Shown piece after piece: positions 57,327 to 64,000 of a DNA stretch of 64,000 nucleotides. Source of the DNA: Phoronis australis (taxonomy: Eukaryota > Animalia > Phoronida); the NCBI GenBank assembly GCA_002633005.1, contig NMRA01000656.1:116289-180288 (forward strand). Direction: 5' to 3'. A program made the position numbers and the translations under genes. Position 1 is the stretch's first letter. The number at the start of each line of letters is the position of its first letter. The notes beneath the pieces are model-generated. The model was not told the origin of the DNA. It saw nothing but the letters and a program-made list of their open reading frames with translations, and ran no database searches.

Positions 57327-58623
57327 AGGCGAAGGCAACCTTTTTTCATGTCATTTTAAGCAAAAATAGGGTTTGTTGATTATCCCAGACATATTTTTCA
57401 CTTATTTACAGCTTTTCCTAATTTAATTAATTACTCGTCGTCTACTCCGGAAGTGACGTTTTGGGAGGCATCAATTTCACGCCAATTTCTTTTCATACAG
57501 TCTGACTGTGAGAGCAGTCCAGTAAGTCATTGTTCTACCTCGGTTGTGATAAGTTCGGTCGTTGTTTGCTTTTGTTTACGAGTCGGTCAACATGCCACAC
57601 TGTTGCTGCATACTCATTATCATCTCACGTACAGAGGAAGAACTGTTCCACTTGCCCGGGTGTCCTGCGACACACTCCCATTGGATGGTGACTTGAGCAC
57701 CCAAACTGCTTATATCCCGCCGTGCGACTCCCTCGTCACACACGTGGCACCTTCTAAATAGCTCGAATACAAGTCCACTTATCAAACTTAGGCTCACCGA
57801 TATGTTCATTGGATGACGAACTGTCCTTTTCACTGGGTGTCAAACTGGGCCTGTATTCACTCCCACTACTCAACATCGCTGCAGTCGCTGCTTACAGGCT
57901 CTGGGCTAGAGACAACAGCACACGGAGAATCACTGCTAGTTCCTGGAATTGCACGCTATGGGGTACGTTCGGAGGAATGGGTGACAGTAGATGAAGTGCC
58001 TCCAGTCACTGTACATAGTGGCCAGGACTCGCAAGGCTTCTCGCTTCATAAATGCACTTCTCGGGGGTGGCGACGGGCCACTGCCGAGAATCAACAGTGA
58101 CGGTATGGAACCCTTCATAAGGTGTTGTTTCGCAGGGACCTTCATCAATTCAGCGTACATATCTCTGTCGTAATCTGACGGCTGAAAATGCTTGCCACTG
58201 CTTTGTACGTTGCGTGAACGGGTAGCGCTGCGTTCTTCACATGAACGAGCTAGCCAAGTAAGGCGAAGTGTGTCATCCTTCGCAAAGCGATGCAAGGTAC
58301 CCAAAGCGCGTGTGAGACGATAATGAGTACATCCTGGCCCGCAGCAACAGCGTGGCATGTTGGCTGACTCGTAAACAAAAGCAAACGACGACCGAACTTA
58401 TCACATCCGAGGTAGAACAATGACTGACTTGACAGCTCTCACAGTCTGACTGTATGAAAAGAAATTGGCGCGAAATTCTTGCCTCCCAAAACGTCACTTC
58501 CGGAGTAGAGGACGAGAAATTAATTAAATTACGAAAATCTGTAATTAAGTGAAAAACATGTCTGGGATAATCAACAGACCTTATTTTTGCTAAAAGTGAC
58601 ATGAAAAAAGGTTGCATTCGCCT
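57327..58623. mobile_element. Kolobok-like DNA transposon derivative with ~300-bp TIRs and THAP remnant
   Basis: TTAA|AGGCGAAGGCAACC ... GGTTGCATTCGCCT|TTAA. Arms 57327-57628 and 58312-58623 are inverted copies. TTAA TSD with AG..CT termini and a THAP ORF fit the Kolobok superfamily. Confidence 0.85.
57936..58358 (-). pseudogene. THAP zinc-finger domain remnant (transposon-derived)
   Basis: MPRCCCGPGC...LHRFAKDDTLRLTW...SSGKHFQPSDY...LMKGSIPSL follows the THAP pattern (CxxxxC, HRFP, W, CxxHF, AVPT box). The third Cys and the FP proline are lost; no DDE domain follows. Confidence 0.75.
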
Positions 58624-61018
58624 TTAATTTCAAGAATCATCATGATGTAGAGCAATAAAGCAGTTTGCTAAACTACTTTCTGCGACTTTCTTTACAGTAG
58701 ATGGATTGACAAACAAAAAATCCATGAGCACCTTCGTTCCCTGTAACCTGTCTTCTCTTTTTCCAAATAATAACAACGAGAATAGTCTGGCAACAGCCCT
58801 TTTGGTTATGTATTCAACAATCTTATAAGAATTAGCCATGGGAAATCTAACAGATGAACTTCAACAGAAAACAAGCATGACAAGTGCTTAGAAAGCTTTA
58901 TCAACAATGTAGTCAAACAGTGAAATGTTACCTTCTCGTGAATATTCCTCAAACATCAACCACACATATAATGAAATTCTCCATACTTCTAGTACTACGA
59001 TGAGGTTTTAAAAATGGAAAATGAAAATTTTGTCAACGATTTTCATCTGAATTTTAGGAAACATAGTGCACAATTACATCTGTTGGAAGAAGGTCAAAAC
59101 AAAATGCCAACATACTGTTTACTAAGTCACAAATTTTTCTTAAATACCAAATTTTGTAGTTAACTGATCACAGTAAACCAGAGCCACACATTTCTATATA
59201 CATGCACCAAGATGGATTCATTATACTCTTATAGAGACCTCCCCAGTAATGTCATAGACAGCACCCCTGCAGAGCAGTTCAAAGGGGTATCAGTTACAAT
59301 CCGATTTTTTGCAGGTGTCCCGACACAAGACTAGACATAAAACACCCTGTCATCAGTGCAGGTGTGCTTAGGTCTGTCACTGCACCCAGGACCACATTCC
59401 CGACATACTTCAACTTGTCCTAAACATGTGTATTTGGCAATGTGAGATAAGAGATGGATATTCAAGACATAGTACAGCTGATTGGCCACAGACCTACCTG
59501 TGTAGGGTCTTCTGAGAATCAACTTACAGGTGTGTAATAAAAGGTGAACTGGGTGCAGAGTGGAAAGGGAAGAACATCTTATGATCCTGAATTCTTTGCT
59601 CTGTGACAGGTAGTCAGCGAATTTAAAAGGAGACATTGAATTTCAAATCGCCCCATTTTCCCATACATTAGGGGTCCATCATACAAAGGGAGTTTTCACT
59701 ACTATCTTAAACAGGAACCGAATAAATGCCAAAACACTTGATAAGACCTGCACAGAGACACATCCCATGTTTTTGACCAAAGTTGTTCCCTTTTGCTCAA
59801 CCCAAGTTCATATCACCAAGATTCTATTTTCTAAGGATGGTCTCGAACGTTTTGAGAACAAATTCCATGAGACCGGGCCTTCAGCAGGAACTTAAGACAA
59901 CATTAAAGAAAAAGTGACCTTACTACAGTTTTATTCGATAATGAAAAAGGTAAACATTCAAAAGAGTGCCACATAATTTGAATTTCTGACGCTCTTTCAA
60001 GCTAACAAGGGCCCAGAGCTCATCGCACATTTGTCCTAAACATTTTTGCATCCAACGTTTGTTGCAGGTTTGTAAGCCATTAACCCAAAGAATGGATATC
60101 AAGCATAAATGTTCCTCACAATCTTCCCACTAACAAATCTTTTACGCTACCTCAGTTGCACCCATAGCAAAAGGTAGTTACTGAAACTTGAAAAACTGGC
60201 CACACGTTATAAAATGTACGACCGTAGCACAACCCCGGAAATCCGTTTCACATTATGTCCAATTTCGTATTCAACAGTTCCCTTCCATTAATCCAAAAAT
60301 ACCTGGTAATTCCTCACTTACTTCACACAAAAATAATTGCTGGCCAAAATGGTAGTTTTCCCATTTTTCAAAGGCTGAGTATCATGTTGCAAATTAAGGA
60401 AACTTTACCAAATTTTGTTTTACGATATCCACATACTCCAAACCGAGCTGGTAATGAACTAAAATGTTCTTAAGCTTAACCTTTGTGGAGAAATTGACGA
60501 AATAGTATTTTACTTGTTGGCCACATTGAACGATAAATAAATGAAGAATTATTTTAAGAGTGATGCCTAAAAAGGCTGTTGTAAATGCTATTTTGAGACA
60601 AATGAAAGAAAAAGTAGAGCGTAATCACAGTGACCACATTCATCCAGTGTTCATAAATTGATGACTAAAAAATCATAGGACATAAGGTTAATCTTGTTTT
60701 CGAAAAGTCGAGGGTAGACATTTACCAGTGATTAAGCAGAACAGGGGCACTCAATAATCTTGTTTTTGAGAAGTTGGGGGTGGCCATTTAACTGAACCGT
60801 CAACTGGGTAAAAGCCCAGAGAGCTACACTGATGTTGCACTTCACGTGCAAGAGTCAAATAAAAGAGCGTGGTCTGTAACCAATAAACGATAACGCAGAC
60901 TGCAGAGTAGGGTCCGCTGAAGCTGACAGATCGTTACTCAAAGGTGAGCAAGTTTTGTACCATACGGTAGCCAGAATTCAGATGAAAAGGGTGTCCACAA
61001 TGCCACAGACACCTTTAA

Positions 61019-62646
61019 AAGGGAACTGTAATTTATTCTGAATAAATTCTGGATAGTTTTCTATGAATTGTTGATTAATTACACAAATAATTCAACACCA
61101 AAAATTAAACTTATATTCTCTAAAGAACCTAAAAAAATTACCGGCTTGGAGCGCTGCTTAGTCTCGTGACGTATTTGGCGGGGGCAGTCTCTGTCCTGTT
61201 TTAGCGTGCAATCAAGTAGCGTTCTTCATAATTGTCGGAATAAGAAATTTTAGTGTGAAATGTCGGGTCACCAGGGATACCTGTTTGAGCCGAGGCAACA
61301 CAAAGTGATACCCAGTCATCGTCAGACGAAAATTTGCCGGTGCAACTGGTGTCAGTGACTGTGCCGAGGGCAATGTGGACTCTAGCCATCCAGTCAGCCA
61401 GCTGTCAGCCAATACTCCGGCAGCTCTGTAAACTTGAAGGGTTGGTAAGTTACCTACTTTAGCTGTATGAAGACTATCGTACCACTGTGTGTTGAGCTCC
61501 GTTAACCCCGAAATTTCAGACAGCCATTGACTACCCGGGTATAGTTGACTCAGTTATGCTCGTCACCTCGTCGTAAAACTTAGGCTACATCAACATATAA
61601 AGCTAACGGACCGGCGGGGGCGCATGCAAAATCTGATATAGTCACCCGACACTTCCATTGTTCGTTGCAGCCGTTTAAGTGGAAAACAATCAAATAAACG
61701 TCCTTTGGTAGCATAATTTGCCGCCTTTTTAACAAAGAAGTGTGTTGTCCGTTTCAAGAACAGCACGCTCGTGACACGGCGCACGCGCCATTTCATAAAA
61801 ATTTGAGACGTCTTTCGGGACATCATAACAGCTTCGCAGCACCAAGGTTGTTCTAAAATTCGGTTTGCTGGTGTAAAAATACTAAAAACTTGAAACAAAA
61901 TGAAACAAGCTCCGATAATTTGTTATAACATGTACGCAACCTAGGTACCGTCAGCGACGAACACATGATAAAAGAATCAGGGGGAAAAGAAACTGGTAAA
62001 GGTCAGGTGACGTAATCGCAAAAAGCCGACTCAAGAAAACACATCACAATTTTACTAGCACCAGCCGATGAACGATCGCTAACATTTCCAACACCGGTAA
62101 ATACAGAAGTTAGTTTACTCTAGGAACCTGGTTCCTAGGTTTACTCAAGGATGACTTAGTTTTAATGACATTTATTTGAGTCAGATTTTATTTGTACATT
62201 TTTTACCCATATCGGCTAAAACCTGTAGGCCCATGTCTACACTGAGCTTTGGGCCAAGGCTTGGGTAACCCGGCGATGGTATGCGATGACCATCCCTTTA
62301 GAAGACACCTTTTTCGAAGAGTTTGAGCAACCAGGTGCCATACAAAAAGGCATAGCGAACCTTTCACAGCACTGTGGCAAACAATAAAAAATAAGGACGA
62401 TTGATACAATGATAAATTACGATGTAAACTCTTCAAATATGACATAAGCAATGAATGTGTAAAACAGCCGATACCCCGCCGTTCACGTCACTGACACATC
62501 AGCCAATCAGAGATCGCTTTCAGAATTCAGTGTTTTGACCATGAATTCGAATTGGCTTTAGTTTGGCACGCAAGTCAGGCAAATGTGAGTTTTATTTGTA
62601 TGTTAGAACCGATTAACTGCAACATTATTTTGACTACAGTCCCCTT
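61019..62646. mobile_element. Kolobok-like non-autonomous element (~1.63 kb)
   Basis: TTAA|AAGGGAACTGTA ... TACAGTCCCCTT|TTAA (11/12 TIR match); CpG-rich interior distinct from flanks; no recognisable transposase. Confidence 0.65.
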
Positions 62647-63476
62647 TTAAGGAAGTCCCCGTTTGGATAATTTGGGGGGATATGGTAAGCCAAGCATAGG
62701 TTCTTAAAAGTGAAAATTTGGAGATTTGGGGGGACTCGGCGTTAAAGCAGAGCACGAGGGTTAACCAGACAAAAACAGTACTTCTCTTCCTTAATTAACC
62801 ATTACTTGATAGTTAAGACAGTAAAGGTAAATAATCAGCGCAACCTCGCCTGCCACCACAGCCTCGCCTGCCTCCGGTGGTGTTCATTCTACAAACTTAG
62901 GCAGAGACAGATTATAATCTATCCACAGCATAGCATGCAGCTGTTTCAGTCATAGTTAGATTTTTGCCCACGGACAACTACGAGTTCATTCATTATTCTA
63001 TTGAGCTAATTTAGTCAAAGCTGTACAAAAATACCGTACTCCACAAATAATTATCAAATAAATAACAATTTCCCTGTCAGTCTAACCTCAATAACAAATC
63101 CAGGTTTTGCGTGATCACGTACAAAAGTTAAATCCGAATTATTGACATCATAGTTTTACTTCCAGCTTTCATATTATACGGAATTCAATAAACGGTTCCA
63201 TAGCGTGAGTCATGAATAAATCTTTTTATTTCTCATTAGAGGCAGTGTCTGGGTCTGGAGAGAACTGGTGGACTGTCATTGCTAACACCAAGGCTCTACA
63301 ACCTAACTTGTCATGGTGGGTCACTCTATTCACCTAACAATAGCCAACCAACCCTTTTCAAGATCAAAAACCACTTCTGAACTGAGTTATGAACAATTTG
63401 AGATCAGTTTTATGATGGAATGAGGTCTAAATCCAAATTAGTTTTTTCACGGGATCCAGGTTCATGGCTGCTTTAA

Positions 63477-63796
63477 AGGGACATTCTCAACAAGGAAAAC
63501 AATTTTATAGAAATTAACAGAAGCGTGGAGTCAAAACAACTACCTCTGCAGTTGCAGCCGCGCACTCTGCCGCTGAGCCGAATACCTCGCATTAGGCAGC
63601 AAGAGTATTTTGTGTACTTAAACCGTTGATCTCAGTGAATGTCTGGCAGACAACAGCAAGAATTGGCGATGTGTAATAAAATCCAACAAACACAACAGAT
63701 TTTGTTCCATAGCTCTGGTCAAAGTTACTAACTTCAACAAGTCTATCCCATTCAACAGTAATCCTAGAATTGTGTTTTTTCGCCTCTAACGTTCCC
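63477..63796 (+). mobile_element. Short Kolobok-like non-autonomous element, copy 2
   Basis: TTAA|AGGGACATT ... AACGTTCCC|TTAA; homologous to 53927-54262. Confidence 0.65.
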
Positions 63797-64000
63797 TTAA
63801 ATCAGACTCCAGTACTGAAGGAACATCCCCATGACAACAGAATGGTAACTCATCACATCATTGAATGACATCCATGACCTCACCAATTTCAATGCAGGCA
63901 GCACCTGATTCACTCAGAACCTAAATTTGACACCTTACATCATGTCAGTGTTTATTGTTAGGGTTAAATTAAACTCTCATAAAATCTAGATTTCCCAGAA

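Overview
Eukaryotic (animal, probably marine invertebrate; taxon is inference), AT-rich, intron-rich genomic DNA with two convergent protein-coding genes. On + are the last two coding exons of ribosomal protein uS3 (RPS3; 1727-1914, 2480-2703) and a probable non-coding terminal exon (~4922-5000). On - are 18 distinct, phase-consistent coding exons of an ARHGEF17/TEM4-type RhoGEF (DH-PH-beta-propeller; 36813 to 10095, about 894 aa). Its N-terminal exon(s) were not found in the remaining ~27 kb, which looks like one large intron. Two ARHGEF17 exons occur twice in a 1.6-kb tandem duplication joined at an N, most likely two haplotypes assembled in tandem; a second N-joined duplication lies at ~49.2-49.8 kb. 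Introns carry many non-autonomous DNA transposons: TA-flanked Tc1/pogo-like, TTAA-flanked Kolobok-like (one with ~300-bp TIRs and a THAP remnant), Harbinger-like and hAT-like MITEs, and Helentron-associated HINE-like elements. Best leads: a DH domain with substitutions in conserved catalytic motifs, a polyQ tail on uS3, candidate C/D snoRNAs in the RPS3 post-stop intron, and a template-switch-type 21-bp hairpin in an ARHGEF17 intron. I found no convincing entirely new multi-gene system. Most ORF-track entries are spurious.
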